DNA of 64,000 nt from Acutalibacteraceae bacterium (GCA_045592705.1 JAZNVG010000029.1:3704-67703); one strand, 5' to 3'. Positions 9,803 to 20,306 are shown, counted from the stretch's first letter. Made by a program: numbers and translations. Notes: generated by a model not told the origin, from the letters alone.

Positions 9803-11308
9803 ATGGCTTATTATTTTTCAGAACCGTCAAGAACATTCAGTGAATATCTTCTTGTTCCCGGTTATACATCAGAGCAGTGCATTCCTGCAAATGTAACCCT
9901 TAAAACACCGCTTGTAAAGTTCAAAAAGGGTCAGGAAGAGTCTGCAATCAACCTTAATATTCCTATGGTTTCTGCCATTATGCAGTCTGTTTCCAATGAT
10001 ACAATGGCAATTGCTCTTGCACGCGAGGGCGGTATGTCTTTCATCTACGGCTCACAGACAATTGAGGATGAGGCAAGAATGGTTGCCAAGGTAAAGAATT
10101 ACAAGGCAGGCTTTGTTGTCAGCGATTCCAATCTTAAACCCGACAGCACTCTTGAGGATGTTCTCACCCTTCTTAACGAAAAGGGTCACAACACAATGCC
10201 CGTAACCGAAAACGGACAGCCTAACGGCAAGCTTGTCGGTATTGTCACCGGCCGTGACTACCGCGTCAGCCGTATGCCTCTTGATCTCAAGGTTACAGAG
10301 TTTATGACTCCTCTCGATAAGCTTATTACAGCTCCCGATACAACATCACTTAAAGATGCAAATGATATCATCTGGGAAAACAAGCTTAATTCTCTTCCCA
10401 TCGTTGATAAAGACGGCAACCTTGTTTATATGGTTTTCCGCAAGGACTATTCACAGCACAAGGAAAATCCTCAGGAACTTCTTGATGACAACAAGCGTTA
10501 CATGGTCGGCGCAGGTATCAATACTCTTGACTATGAAAAACGCGTTCCCGCTCTTGTTGAGGCAGGCGCAGACGTGCTTTGCATCGACTCTTCGGAGGGT
10601 TACACTGTCTGGCAGAAGAAGACCCTTGATTTCATCCGTGAAAGATACGGTGACAGCGTAAAGGTCGGCGCAGGTAACGTTGTTGACCGTGACGGCTTTA
10701 TGTTCCTTGCCGAGGCAGGTGCAGACTTTATTAAGGTCGGCATCGGCGGCGGGTCAATCTGCATTACACGTGAGCAGAAGGGTATCGGCAGAGGTCAGGC
10801 AACTGCTCTTATTGAGGTCGCGGCCGCAAGAGACGAATATTTCGAAAAGACAGGCATCTATATTCCTATCTGTTCCGACGGCGGTATTGTTCATGACTAT
10901 CACATGACACTTGCCCTTGCAATGGGTGCAGATTTTATGATGCTCGGCAGATACTTTGCACGCTTTGATGAGAGCCCCACAAACAAGCTCAACATCAACG
11001 GCACTTATGTTAAGGAGTACTGGGGTGAAGGCTCCAACCGTGCCCGTAACTGGCAGCGTTATGACCTTGGCGGCAAAACAAAGCTTTCTTTCGAAGAAGG
11101 CGTTGACTCCTATGTCGTTTACGCAGGTCCCCTCAGAGATAACGTTGAAAAGAGCCTCTATAAGGTTAAGTCAACAATGTGCAACTGCGGTGTGCTGACA
11201 ATTCCCGAACTGCAGAAAAATGCAAAAATCACCCTTGTTTCCGCAACAAGCATTGTTGAGGGCGGCTATCACGACGTTATGCTCAAAACAACCGCAAATC
11301 CCGGTTAA
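9803..11308 (+). CDS. guaB: IMP dehydrogenase
   Basis: CBS pair, [14 protein letters not shown] catalytic loop, SDGGI, EYWGEGS. Confidence 0.96.
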   Translation: MAYYFSEPSRTFSEYLLVPGYTSEQCIPANVTLKTPLVKFKKGQEESAINLNIPMVSAIMQSVSNDTMAIALAREGGMSFIYGSQTIEDEARMVAKVKNYKAGFVVSDSNLKPDSTLEDVLTLLNEKGHNTMPVTENGQPNGKLVGIVTGRDYRVSRMPLDLKVTEFMTPLDKLITAPDTTSLKDANDIIWENKLNSLPIVDKDGNLVYMVFRKDYSQHKENPQELLDDNKRYMVGAGINTLDYEKRVPALVEAGADVLCIDSSEGYTVWQKKTLDFIRERYGDSVKVGAGNVVDRDGFMFLAEAGADFIKVGIGGGSICITREQKGIGRGQATALIEVAAARDEYFEKTGIYIPICSDGGIVHDYHMTLALAMGADFMMLGRYFARFDESPTNKLNINGTYVKEYWGEGSNRARNWQRYDLGGKTKLSFEEGVDSYVVYAGPLRDNVEKSLYKVKSTMCNCGVLTIPELQKNAKITLVSATSIVEGGYHDVMLKTTANPG

Positions 11309-11322
11309 TCACTGAAATTGCG

Positions 11323-11363
11323 AAATCTCCCGCTTTTCCAAAAGAGAAAGCGGGAGATTTTTT
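11323..11363 (+). terminator. Intrinsic terminator of the pur-guaB operon
   Basis: AAATCTCCCGCTTT...AAAGCGGGAGATTT stem followed by a T run. Confidence 0.9.
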
Positions 11364-11403
11364 GCGCTTTTGTTTAGTGAATATGCTATTACTGTAAAAC
11401 TTC

Positions 11404-11431
11404 TTGAAATATTGTAATGTTATGCTATAAT
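11404..11431 (+). promoter_or_regulatory. SigA-type promoter for the glycerophosphodiesterase gene
   Basis: TTGAAA-16 nt-TATAAT with extended -10 TG. Confidence 0.6.
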
Positions 11432-11502
11432 AAATTTATAAACACAATGATACCTCAGGTGTTATGAATTTAATTTTCCCGTAGACTGAAAGGAGAACTC
11501 TG

Positions 11503-12258
11503 ATGGTTAATGTAATTTCTCACCGTGGTGCCAATACTTTTGCTCCGCAAAATACTCTGCCTGCTTTTGAAAAATCGTTTTCAATTTCTGTTGAGGGTAT
11601 TGAAACAGATATTCATATGACAAAAGACGGTGTTCCCGTTGTCTGTCACAATTATACAATTGACGAAACCTCAACGGGCGTCGGCGAAATCTGTGATTTC
11701 ACCCTTGAAGAGCTTCGCAGTTATGATTTCGGCTCATATTTCGACAAGGAGTTTGAGGGCACAAAAATCCCAACCCTTGACGAGTTGCTTGACCTTTGCG
11801 CCACCGCTAACCTGACAGTTCTTAATATCGAGCTAAAATCTCCCCGTAACAAAAATTCGGGTATTGTTGAAAAAACAATTAATGCTGTCAAGGCGCACGG
11901 TTTGTTTGATGTTCTTCTTATTTCAAGCTTTGATTCAGACCTTCTTGTTGAGGCAAAGCAGATTGACCCGGCCTGCAAAACAGCTTATCTTTATGCACCC
12001 ACAAGACTTAAATCAATTCACAAATGGTTCAATGCCGTCAAGTTTGCAAAGAAAATCAACTGCGATGCGTTGCACCCCCATTACAGCTTTGTCACAAAGC
12101 GTTACATTAAGGCAAGCCACAAGGCCGGTATTCAGGTTAATCCCTGGACGGTCAATTCACCTGAGGTTATGCTGAAAATGATTGCTTGCGGTGTTGACGG
12201 CCTCATAACAGACCGTCCTGACATTGCAAACGCACTTCTGGGCAAAAAGACAAAATAA
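11503..12258 (+). CDS. Glycerophosphodiester phosphodiesterase
   Basis: SHRG, QNTLPAF, ETDIHMTKDG..VVCH, NIELK, WTVN, GLITDRP. Confidence 0.93.
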   Translation: MVNVISHRGANTFAPQNTLPAFEKSFSISVEGIETDIHMTKDGVPVVCHNYTIDETSTGVGEICDFTLEELRSYDFGSYFDKEFEGTKIPTLDELLDLCATANLTVLNIELKSPRNKNSGIVEKTINAVKAHGLFDVLLISSFDSDLLVEAKQIDPACKTAYLYAPTRLKSIHKWFNAVKFAKKINCDALHPHYSFVTKRYIKASHKAGIQVNPWTVNSPEVMLKMIACGVDGLITDRPDIANALLGKKTK

Positions 12259-12275
12259 AATTGCAGATACATATG

Positions 12276-12312
12276 AAAAATTCCGTAATACGCTGTGTAT
12301 TACGGAATTTTT
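12276..12312. terminator. Bidirectional terminator between convergent genes
   Basis: Perfect 16-bp stem AAAAATTCCGTAATAC / GTATTACGGAATTTTT, 5-nt loop. Confidence 0.9.
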
Positions 12313-12329
12313 TAATCCTTGCGGAATTT

Positions 12330-13946
12330 TTATTTGCCGATTGATTTGAGAAGATCTTTGTAAGCCGTCCAGATTGTTGAACCGGTTGTTTTTCCGGCGG
12401 AAACGATTTCTTCGTTTTCAGTGAAATATGAGTGCCAGCTGTTGTCGGTAAGAATGTAACCTATCTGGTCATTTGAAAGACCGAAAACAAGAAGCTTTCT
12501 GCCCTTGCTCATTGATTCAAATGTGTCATATTCCCAGTTTGCGCCGTCCCAGGATGTTTCTGCTGTTTCGGCACCGCCCCAAGCGATTTCGGGTGCAAGC
12601 TCGCCGGGTATAAGTGCAATTGCAAGCTCGTTGCCGAATTCGGCATAGCCAACCTCGGTGAGAATGCGGTATTTTGCAAGACCTGATTTATAAACTTTGT
12701 TTGAAAGCAGACCTCCCTTTGCCGCAAGAACAAGAATGCTGTTGTCAACATCAACAAGAAGTTCCTTGTGCGCAATGCTGAGCTTTGCGCCGACGGGAAT
12801 GTCGTTGCTGATTGAGCAGGTCAGCTCGCCGAGTTTTTTGCCAAGAGCCATGATGTGAGCGTAATCGTTGTTTGTTTTTTCAACATCTGCAGGGTCGGGA
12901 GTGATGGTTTCACCCTGAACGGAAATTGCAAGCTCTGCGCCCTGAATCATAATGAAATCGGCGTCTGCATTTTCGTTGATGTATTTTTCCATGTAGTAGG
13001 GATAGTCGCCAGTGACATCTGTCGGACCTGCGCCGTAGCCGACACAGTGAAGACCGAGGTTGACAAGCCATATTTCTCTTTTTTCGGTGTCAGCGGGAAC
13101 AAAGCGAAGACGGTTGATGTTGGGGTCAAAAACTTCGGGTTCGCGCTTTTCTCTGATATACTGACTGATGTCAACGTTGCCGTAGAAAAGCTCGCCTTCT
13201 GTCATGTTTTCAACAGCTTCAATCATTGTGTTGACAACCTTGGTGTAAAGGTTTTCCATATATTCGGGGTTTTTACCGCCGTAAAGTTTAACACCGAAAA
13301 GGTTTTTGACAGAAGATGTGAAAAGTGCAGAAATGATGTCACCGTTCATACCGAAGGTATCAATACAGCTGTGCTGGTGAAGAGTGAAAACATTGATGCT
13401 TTCAACGTCAAGATTTTTATCTTTGGCATATTTCATAAATCTTTCACGGATGATTCTGACATCGGAGTTTGCAAGACCGTAAGCGTCAAGTGAAGCAAAA
13501 AGAACGATATCTTCGGTTTTGCCGGTGGTTGACATTGCAACGGTTCTTACTCTCTGGTCGTCGGAAATGCTTGTTGCAAGCTTCTTTGTTACGGAAAGGC
13601 TTCCGCCGACGTAGTGCTCGTCAACAAGCTCTTTACCTGTCTGAAGAGAAGCACTTGAATAACCGACATTCCATTTTGCGTTTTCGCTTGCCTGTGCTTT
13701 GAACTGCTCGGCGGTCATGCCGTCAAGAAAAGTGTCGTCGGTTTCACGGTTTCTTTCCCATTCCCAACCCGGATCGAAAATGAGCATTGCAATGCCGCCG
13801 ACAAGAACATCGACAACCTTGTCAAGGAAACGGTTAAGTGAGTTTTCGATTTTTTCTCCCGTTGTGTAATCTGCACTTGCAGGAATTGCAAAAGCGGAGA
13901 ACACCATTATAAGAACGAGAGAAAGAGCGGTGATTTTTTTAAGCAT
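12330..13946 (-). CDS. Secreted protein, neutral/alkaline-ceramidase-like metallohydrolase
   Basis: Signal peptide ending PASA; LHQHS, LGLHC, IPGE, GLSNDQIGYI, NEE resemble ceramidase-family motifs (by eye). Confidence 0.55.
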   Translation of the reverse strand: MLKKITALSLVLIMVFSAFAIPASADYTTGEKIENSLNRFLDKVVDVLVGGIAMLIFDPGWEWERNRETDDTFLDGMTAEQFKAQASENAKWNVGYSSASLQTGKELVDEHYVGGSLSVTKKLATSISDDQRVRTVAMSTTGKTEDIVLFASLDAYGLANSDVRIIRERFMKYAKDKNLDVESINVFTLHQHSCIDTFGMNGDIISALFTSSVKNLFGVKLYGGKNPEYMENLYTKVVNTMIEAVENMTEGELFYGNVDISQYIREKREPEVFDPNINRLRFVPADTEKREIWLVNLGLHCVGYGAGPTDVTGDYPYYMEKYINENADADFIMIQGAELAISVQGETITPDPADVEKTNNDYAHIMALGKKLGELTCSISNDIPVGAKLSIAHKELLVDVDNSILVLAAKGGLLSNKVYKSGLAKYRILTEVGYAEFGNELAIALIPGELAPEIAWGGAETAETSWDGANWEYDTFESMSKGRKLLVFGLSNDQIGYILTDNSWHSYFTENEEIVSAGKTTGSTIWTAYKDLLKSIGK

Positions 13947-13973
13947 TGTTTTTTCTCCTTTTCTTAATTTATG

Positions 13974-15038
13974 TTATGTATCAAGCTTCATATCGCCCGA
14001 CTTGATAATGTTAAGCTTTCTCATTCCTTCCGAAATGACAAGCGAAATTACCGCAGGGGCAATAAAATGCATAACAACAATTTCAATCAGAACAATTTTC
14101 GGGTCAACACCGTTTGCTGTCATTGAGTTATATGTCATAAACTGACCGACAAGACCTGCCGTACCCATACCCGAGCCGGAAGCGGTGCAGGTCATGGAGA
14201 GAACTTTTGTGGAAATCGGGCCGAGAATTGCGCTTGTGATAATCGGCGGAATCCATATAAGCGGATGCTTTACGATGTTGGGCATCTGCAGCATTGATGT
14301 GCCGACACCCTGAGCAATCAGACCGCCAACTTTGTTTTCGCGGTAGCTTGAAACGGCAAAGCCTATCATTTGTGCGCTGCAACCGATAACGGCGGCACCT
14401 GCGGCAATTCCGTCAAGACCGAGAATAAGACCGATTGCGGCGGAGCTGATGGGCAGGGTAAGGCAAATACCCATAACAACCGAAACAACAATACCCATAA
14501 GAATCGGCTGACACTGTGTGCCCCAGTTGATGACATCGCCGAGTGCTTTCATAATCTGGCTGATTGTCGGACCGAGAAGCAGACCGACAGCCGAGCCTGA
14601 AAGAATTGAAACGGCAGGGGTAAGAATAATGTCAAGCTTTGTTTTGCCGCTGACAAGTCTTCCGATTTCAATTGCCGTGAATGCGGCAATGAAAGCACCG
14701 AGCGGCTCACCGGGTCCCGAGTAAAGAACACCGCCGCTGAGCAGAGTACCCGCGCTTATCTGGCTTGAAAAAGCACCGACCATGCCGGCAACCGCAGAAG
14801 AAACGGTAACAAGGGGAGCGGCCTTATACTTACTGGCAACGCCCACACCGATACCGGCGCCCGTTATTGATTTTGCAACGGCGGCAACGGCACTGAGATA
14901 TGCGCCGTAGGGGGAGGGCAGGAATGAGGCAATCTGATCAAGAATCGTGCCGATAATCAGCGTTGAAAAAAGACCGAGTGCCATTCCCGAAAGACCGTCA
15001 ATAAAAATGTGGTTAAGAATTTTCTTAAGCTGTCTCAC
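13974..15038 (-). CDS. Stand-alone PTS EIIC_2-like membrane protein
   Basis: Multi-TM; IDGLSGMALGLF, LPISSAAI, GTSMLQMPNI, SGMGTAGLVG; GTG start. Confidence 0.85.
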   Translation of the reverse strand: MRQLKKILNHIFIDGLSGMALGLFSTLIIGTILDQIASFLPSPYGAYLSAVAAVAKSITGAGIGVGVASKYKAAPLVTVSSAVAGMVGAFSSQISAGTLLSGGVLYSGPGEPLGAFIAAFTAIEIGRLVSGKTKLDIILTPAVSILSGSAVGLLLGPTISQIMKALGDVINWGTQCQPILMGIVVSVVMGICLTLPISSAAIGLILGLDGIAAGAAVIGCSAQMIGFAVSSYRENKVGGLIAQGVGTSMLQMPNIVKHPLIWIPPIITSAILGPISTKVLSMTCTASGSGMGTAGLVGQFMTYNSMTANGVDPKIVLIEIVVMHFIAPAVISLVISEGMRKLNIIKSGDMKLDT

Positions 15039-15058
15039 GTTAATCCTTCTTTATAATC

Positions 15059-15670
15059 TTATTTTAAAAGTTCCTTAACGGCATCAAAGTAGTGAGCGGC
15101 AATGAATTTTGCACCTTCTGCCGTGGGATGAACGCCGTCAGCCGCCCAGTGGGTGGGGGCTTTTTTAATGCTTGCCGCGGCAAAAAGTCCGTCAAGCGGA
15201 ATATATACATCTGCAAATTCGCGGGCAAGGCGCCTTACAATATCAATTTTGGGGTCAAGGTCAACACGGAAGAAATCCTTGTCGGGAACAGAAAGCAAAA
15301 ACTGTTCCATCATTATGATTTTTGCGGTCGTGTTTTCCTTGATTGCGGTGAGAACGGTGCGGTAGTTGTTCTCAAAAGCTTCGTTGTCAATCCAGTTTTG
15401 CTCGTCTGCCCGGTGCCACGTGTCGTTGACACCGATAAGAATTGAAACAATGTCAGGCTGAATGTCAACAAAGTCTTCCTGCAAACGCTCAACAAGGTTT
15501 TCGGTGCGGTTACCGCTGATGCCGAGGTTTACAAACTCAAAGTTAATTCCCGGATAGCCTTCTTCAATAAGGCAAGAGGCATAAAACGGATATCCGCTGC
15601 CAAGGTCGTGGTAATCCGCGCGGTCGCGGCCGGCATCTGTGATGCTGTCACCCTGAAAAAGAATTTTCAT
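15059..15670 (-). CDS. SGNH/GDSL hydrolase
   Basis: GDSITD, GISG, GVND, DGVHP blocks; start refined to the ATG after GGAGG. Confidence 0.93.
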   Translation of the reverse strand: MKILFQGDSITDAGRDRADYHDLGSGYPFYASCLIEEGYPGINFEFVNLGISGNRTENLVERLQEDFVDIQPDIVSILIGVNDTWHRADEQNWIDNEAFENNYRTVLTAIKENTTAKIIMMEQFLLSVPDKDFFRVDLDPKIDIVRRLAREFADVYIPLDGLFAAASIKKAPTHWAADGVHPTAEGAKFIAAHYFDAVKELLK

Positions 15671-15686
15671 AACAAAACCTCCGTTA

Positions 15687-16799
15687 TTAAAACTTATCAA
15701 TAATCTTTCTGAGTTCGTCGATTATTTTAATCTGCTGGGGGCATTTGCTTTCACACGCACCGCATTTTTTGCAAAGGTTGGCATTGTATTCAATGTCGGG
15801 GAAAAGCTCCTTAACCTTGCGTCTGCCTCCCGTTGTGATGTTGTTATATGCGGCAAAAACGTCAGGAATTTTTACACCTGCGGGGCAGGGGATGCAATAT
15901 TCACAGTGGGTGCAGGGAACAACGGTGAGTGTGTCAAACACCGCTTTTGCCTCAGTGTATTTTTCAAGGTCGGTTTGGGTCAGCGAATTTTCTTTGCTTG
16001 CGCTTGCGTATGCAATGTTTTCGTCAACCATCTGCATATTACCCATGCCGCTGAGAACAAGTGAAACCTCGGGTCTGTTCCAAAGGAAATCAAGAGCGTT
16101 CTGAACGGGCGTTTTACCTTCGGGAAGTTTTTCGGCAACAAGGTCAACGGGGGTTGCCAGCTTGCCGCCGAGCAGGGGTTCCATAATAATAACACCAAGA
16201 CCTTTTGCTGCGGCATATTCAAGACCCTCAGTGCCTGCCTGATAATCAACATCTATGTAGTTATACTGAATCTGGCAGAATTCACATCCTTCGTATTCGT
16301 CAACAATTGTTTTAAAAACCTCAAGGTCGTCGTGGAAAGAAAAGCCAATATGCCTTACTTTGCCCTCAGCCTTTGCTGTTTTCATTTTTTCAATAATTCC
16401 GTGTTCTTTTACCTTTTCCCACTTTTCTCTGTCAAGGGCGTGCAGAAGGTAAAAATCAATATAGTCGGTCTGAAGCTTTGAAAGCTGTTCGTTTAAAAAA
16501 CGGTCAAAATCCTCGGGGCATTTCACATTCCACATCGGCAGCTTTGTTGCAAGGTAAACTTTTTCGCGGTAGCCGTCGAGCAAAGCCTTGCCGACAAGCA
16601 CCTCGCTCATATGGTTATGGTAGCCGTAGGCAGTGTCAAAATAATTGATTCCGCTGTCAATTGCGTGGCGGAGCATTGCGATTGCCTGACTTTCATCAAT
16701 GGCAGCCGCATCGTCGGGGTTGGTAAGAGGCAGGCGCATTGTTCCGAAACCGAGTGCCGAAACCTTGCAACCCGTGTTTCCGATATTTCTGTATTGCAT
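15687..16799 (-). CDS. Aldo/keto reductase with C-terminal 4Fe-4S dicluster domain
   Basis: GFGTMRLP, NYFDTAYGY, IDFYLLH, IMEPLLGG; CTHCEYCIPC and CKKCGACESKCP. Confidence 0.92.
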   Translation of the reverse strand: MQYRNIGNTGCKVSALGFGTMRLPLTNPDDAAAIDESQAIAMLRHAIDSGINYFDTAYGYHNHMSEVLVGKALLDGYREKVYLATKLPMWNVKCPEDFDRFLNEQLSKLQTDYIDFYLLHALDREKWEKVKEHGIIEKMKTAKAEGKVRHIGFSFHDDLEVFKTIVDEYEGCEFCQIQYNYIDVDYQAGTEGLEYAAAKGLGVIIMEPLLGGKLATPVDLVAEKLPEGKTPVQNALDFLWNRPEVSLVLSGMGNMQMVDENIAYASASKENSLTQTDLEKYTEAKAVFDTLTVVPCTHCEYCIPCPAGVKIPDVFAAYNNITTGGRRKVKELFPDIEYNANLCKKCGACESKCPQQIKIIDELRKIIDKF

Positions 16800-16870
16800 A
16801 ATAACCTCCTGAAATATATTCATTGTATTTTAACATATTAATACAATATATGCAAGATTTTTGCAAACAA

Positions 16871-16902
16871 AAAAATGAGCCGTGCAAAGCACAGCTCACT
16901 TG
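16871..16902 (-). terminator. Terminator after the YdbC-like gene
   Basis: TGAGC-CGTGC...GCAC-AGCTCA hairpin with an A run on the + strand (U tail on -). Confidence 0.6.
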
Positions 16903-16917
16903 AATTGCGGGAAAGAA

Positions 16918-17133
16918 TTAAAGCTCTTTAACGATTTCGCAAAGGGCAGCCATTTCTTCCTGGCTGAGAGTTACACCCTTGCCCATTTTTTCGTGTTCGG
17001 GAGCCCACTCGCGGATATCATACTTGGGGTCTCTGCCATTCCAGCTGATGAGGTTGAGCTCTTTTGTCCAACCCTTGGGATTTTCGGAGAGGACACCGAC
17101 CTGTTTGACTATCTCATAAGTAAATTCCGGCAT
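16918..17133 (-). CDS. YdbC/PC4-family ssDNA-binding protein
   Basis: GWTKELNLISWNGRDPKYDIREW, MGKGVTL; start refined to MPEFTY after AAAGGAG. Confidence 0.9.
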   Translation of the reverse strand: MPEFTYEIVKQVGVLSENPKGWTKELNLISWNGRDPKYDIREWAPEHEKMGKGVTLSQEEMAALCEIVKEL

Positions 17134-17232
17134 GATATGTACTCCTTTCGTAATTATATCAATGCCATTATAATCCACTTATTTTTAAAAGTAAATAGTT
17201 TTTATAAATTTTTTAAAATATTTTATTTGAAA

Positions 17233-17646
17233 TTATATGTTTTTGAACAACTTTGTCAACATAAGCGTGTGAAGAATTTCATCGGTCATAAGTTCGAAGA
17301 ATAATTCCTTTATGTAATTTTCACTGTTGGACATATAAATGTCACGGTATTTTTCAATAGTATGTGTTTTGTTGTCAATTGCATCACCGACAGCCTGACC
17401 GATGCTTGTAAAAACAACCTCGGACACAGGCGGCATTTTCGGCTCACAACGGAAAATGCGGCAGAAAAGCTCTCTCGCCAGAATAAAATGTCTTATTTCA
17501 TTGTCTCTGATTTTTTCAATTACGTCTGCAAAACAGTCACCCGGATTTTCTGTCAGCAATTGCTGAAAATATTCAACTTCATTCTGCTCGTTAATCAGAA
17601 TTTGTGTTAGCAGGTTTCTTGTGAGTTTGTTGCGGTTTTTGTCCAT
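17233..17646 (-). CDS. Ferritin-like (rubrerythrin/YhjR-like) four-helix-bundle protein
   Basis: Two ExxH motifs (NEIRH, DEILH); GGAGG RBS before MDKNRN. Confidence 0.75.
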   Translation of the reverse strand: MDKNRNKLTRNLLTQILINEQNEVEYFQQLLTENPGDCFADVIEKIRDNEIRHFILARELFCRIFRCEPKMPPVSEVVFTSIGQAVGDAIDNKTHTIEKYRDIYMSNSENYIKELFFELMTDEILHTLMLTKLFKNI

Positions 17647-17700
17647 TGTATAAAACACCTCCGCTAATATAATATGAGGCACCTTTGCGTTGTTTACACT

Positions 17701-17730
17701 GTCATAAATGGGACATGGTGTGAATATAAA
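17701..17730 (+). promoter_or_regulatory. SigE-like sporulation promoter upstream of sipL
   Basis: GTCATAA-14 nt-GAATATAA resembles the mother-cell SigE consensus. Confidence 0.5.
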
Positions 17731-17762
17731 TAGGCTGAAGAATTTTTAAGGAGAGAAAAAGT

Positions 17763-19298
17763 ATGAATTACAATATGCAAAGCAAAAAAACGGGTTGTGC
17801 CGTGAAGACACTTGAAACAGCGGCGCAGTATGCGGTTGATTTTGAAATAACTCTGCCCGATTACTGTCCGGAAATTCAGCGTGTGCTCAAATGCATTGTT
17901 GAACCCAATGTCATTTCAACCCAGTTTTCCGACAGTGGTGTAACGGTCGGCATTACTTCTGTTGCCCGTGTGATTTTTGTCGGTGACAACGGCAAGCTTT
18001 GCTGTTATGAACACTCTGTAAACGGCGATAAACGTGTTGACACAAACGGTGTGTCGGTTTCTGCCGAAAATACCTGCGCTTTGGCAGTTACGGATTATGT
18101 GAACTGCCGTGCGGTAAGTCCGCGAAGGGTGGATGTGCACGCAATGATTAATGTCGGCGTAACCTCAACGAAGCTTGTTAATGACGAAATACTCTGTTGT
18201 GCCGATGGAGCGGGGCTTCAGGTGAACACTCGCGAACGTGAAGTTTTCAGTTGTGCAGGTTGCGTTGAAAAGACTTTTCCGCTCAGCGAAGTTGCCGAAA
18301 TCAAAGACAGTTTGCCTGCTATTTTCCAAATTCTCGGATGTAACGCTGTTGCGTTAATTGACGATAAAAAAATCATCAGCAATAAATTGCTTATTAAAGG
18401 TGATTTGAAAGTCAGAATTCACTATATCGGTGAAGACAGTAATGCCCCCGACTGCTTTGAGCACACAATGCCGATAAGCCAGATTATTGAGCTCGACGGT
18501 ATTTCCGAAGATTGTATGTGCGCACTTGAATCCGATGTTATTTCTGTTCTTGCAACACCTAAAGCGGATACCTCCGGAAAAATGCGTATTGTGGATATCA
18601 ACGCAAGGGTAAATGTCGGTGTGACTGCGGGCAAAGTAATTCCGCTGACACTTATCGGCGATGCATATTCGACCGAATATGAAATCAAGGCAGACCGCAG
18701 TAATGCGGAGCTTTTCAGCTATGTTGATACACTCAGTGAAACTTTCACCGCAAAAACAACACTTGATTCGCCCGACGGCGATGTAAAGAGTATTGTTGCC
18801 GTGTGGTGCAATTCACCGTCAGCAACTTCTGCCGCAATCGCAGAGGGTATTCTCTTTTCGGGTACATACAAAACAAATATCATTTACAAAAATGCCGCCG
18901 ATGAATATGCGATGATTTGTATGCCCGTAAGCTTTGAGCATAAAATGAAATTGGCGCAAGCACCGTCTTGTGTCAAGGCGAGAGTTAAGCTTTGTGTGCT
19001 CGAAAGTGCCTGTGCCGTTACCGCCGACGGTAAGCTTGACCTGCGTGCCGAAATATCGGCAAGAGGCCTTGTGCTTTCCTCGGGCAATGAAAAATATGTG
19101 AGCAACATCGTTCTTGACACTGACTGTCCCAAGAAAAAAGATTCAGCCGCACTGACGGTTTATTTCTGCGACAGCGGCGAAAGTGTCTGGAATATTGCCA
19201 AACGCTACAACACAACACCCGATGCAATAATGAAAGAAAACTCACTGGATAACGGTACGGTTGAGGAAAAAAGAATGCTTATGATTCCCTGTGTGTAA
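17763..19298 (+). CDS. sipL: Spore coat assembly protein, SPOCS (DUF3794) repeats + C-terminal LysM
   Basis: TLPDYCPEIQRVLKC, LIKGDL, C-terminal GESVWNIAKRYNTT LysM. Confidence 0.85.
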   Translation: MNYNMQSKKTGCAVKTLETAAQYAVDFEITLPDYCPEIQRVLKCIVEPNVISTQFSDSGVTVGITSVARVIFVGDNGKLCCYEHSVNGDKRVDTNGVSVSAENTCALAVTDYVNCRAVSPRRVDVHAMINVGVTSTKLVNDEILCCADGAGLQVNTREREVFSCAGCVEKTFPLSEVAEIKDSLPAIFQILGCNAVALIDDKKIISNKLLIKGDLKVRIHYIGEDSNAPDCFEHTMPISQIIELDGISEDCMCALESDVISVLATPKADTSGKMRIVDINARVNVGVTAGKVIPLTLIGDAYSTEYEIKADRSNAELFSYVDTLSETFTAKTTLDSPDGDVKSIVAVWCNSPSATSAAIAEGILFSGTYKTNIIYKNAADEYAMICMPVSFEHKMKLAQAPSCVKARVKLCVLESACAVTADGKLDLRAEISARGLVLSSGNEKYVSNIVLDTDCPKKKDSAALTVYFCDSGESVWNIAKRYNTTPDAIMKENSLDNGTVEEKRMLMIPCV

Positions 19299-19379
19299 TA
19301 AATTCACTTTTTACTCTTGCATTTATCGCTGTTGATGTTGTAAAATAATAGGGTAATTCTATTGAAAAGGATTTTTACT

Positions 19380-20297
19380 ATGATTTATGACGTGATTATT
19401 ATCGGCGGCGGTCCTGCGGGCTATTCGGCGGCGCTTTATTGCGGCAGGGCTCAGCTTAACACTCTTCTTATTGAAAAATTAATGCCCGGCGGCCAGATGG
19501 GCACAACCGAGCAGATTGACAATTATCCCGGATTTAACGATGGCATCGGCGGTGTTGAGCTTGCGATGAATATGCAGGCAGGTGCCGAGCGCTTCGGCGC
19601 AAAAACCGATTATGCCGAGGTAACGGGCGTTGAGCTTTCGGGCGATATCAAAAAGGTTATGACCGATTCGGATGTTTTTGAGTGCCGTGCCGTTATTCTC
19701 GCAACCGGTGCTTACCCCAGAAAACTCGGCCTTGACAATGAAGATTCTCTGCGCGGCAGAGGTGTTTCTTACTGCGCAACCTGCGATGCAATGTTTTTCA
19801 AGGATAAAACCGTTGCGGTTGTCGGCGGCGGCGATACGGCGGCGGCAGATGCCCTTGTGCTTTCAAAGGTCTGCAAAAAGGTTTATCTTATTCATCGCCG
19901 TGATACTCTGCGTGCAAGCAAAGCTTATGCCGCACCGCTTGAAAATTGCGGCAATGTTGAGTTTGTATGGAATTCAAACGTAACCGCACTTACAGGCAAA
20001 ACAAAGCTTGAGGCGATTGAGGTTACCGACAACAACGGCAAAACAACAATGCTTGACTGTGACGGCATATTTGTTGCTATCGGTTATCTGCCCGATACGA
20101 AGCTTGTTTACGGTCACGTCAAGCTTGATGCTCAGGGCTATGTTGATGCAGGCGAAGATACAAAAACAAGCGAGGCTGGCGTTTTTGCTGCGGGCGATTT
20201 GCGGGCAAAGCCCTTGCGTCAGGTTGTAACGGCTGCGTGTGACGGTGCCGTTGCGGCGACAATGGCACTTGACTATCTTATGACAAAAGAAAACTGA
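19380..20297 (+). CDS. trxB: Thioredoxin-disulfide reductase
   Basis: GGGPAG, CATCD redox motif, GGGDTA, GVFAAGD. Confidence 0.95.
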   Translation: MIYDVIIIGGGPAGYSAALYCGRAQLNTLLIEKLMPGGQMGTTEQIDNYPGFNDGIGGVELAMNMQAGAERFGAKTDYAEVTGVELSGDIKKVMTDSDVFECRAVILATGAYPRKLGLDNEDSLRGRGVSYCATCDAMFFKDKTVAVVGGGDTAAADALVLSKVCKKVYLIHRRDTLRASKAYAAPLENCGNVEFVWNSNVTALTGKTKLEAIEVTDNNGKTTMLDCDGIFVAIGYLPDTKLVYGHVKLDAQGYVDAGEDTKTSEAGVFAAGDLRAKPLRQVVTAACDGAVAATMALDYLMTKEN

Positions 20298-20306
20298 TTC
20301 AAATTC

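Noticed and set aside
11432-11502. Riboswitch in the glycerophosphodiesterase leader
   Set aside because: Only a weak AACAC/GTGTT hairpin; no recognisable aptamer consensus
12855-13493. 212-aa ORF opposite the ceramidase-like gene
   Set aside because: Antisense shadow with no protein-like features
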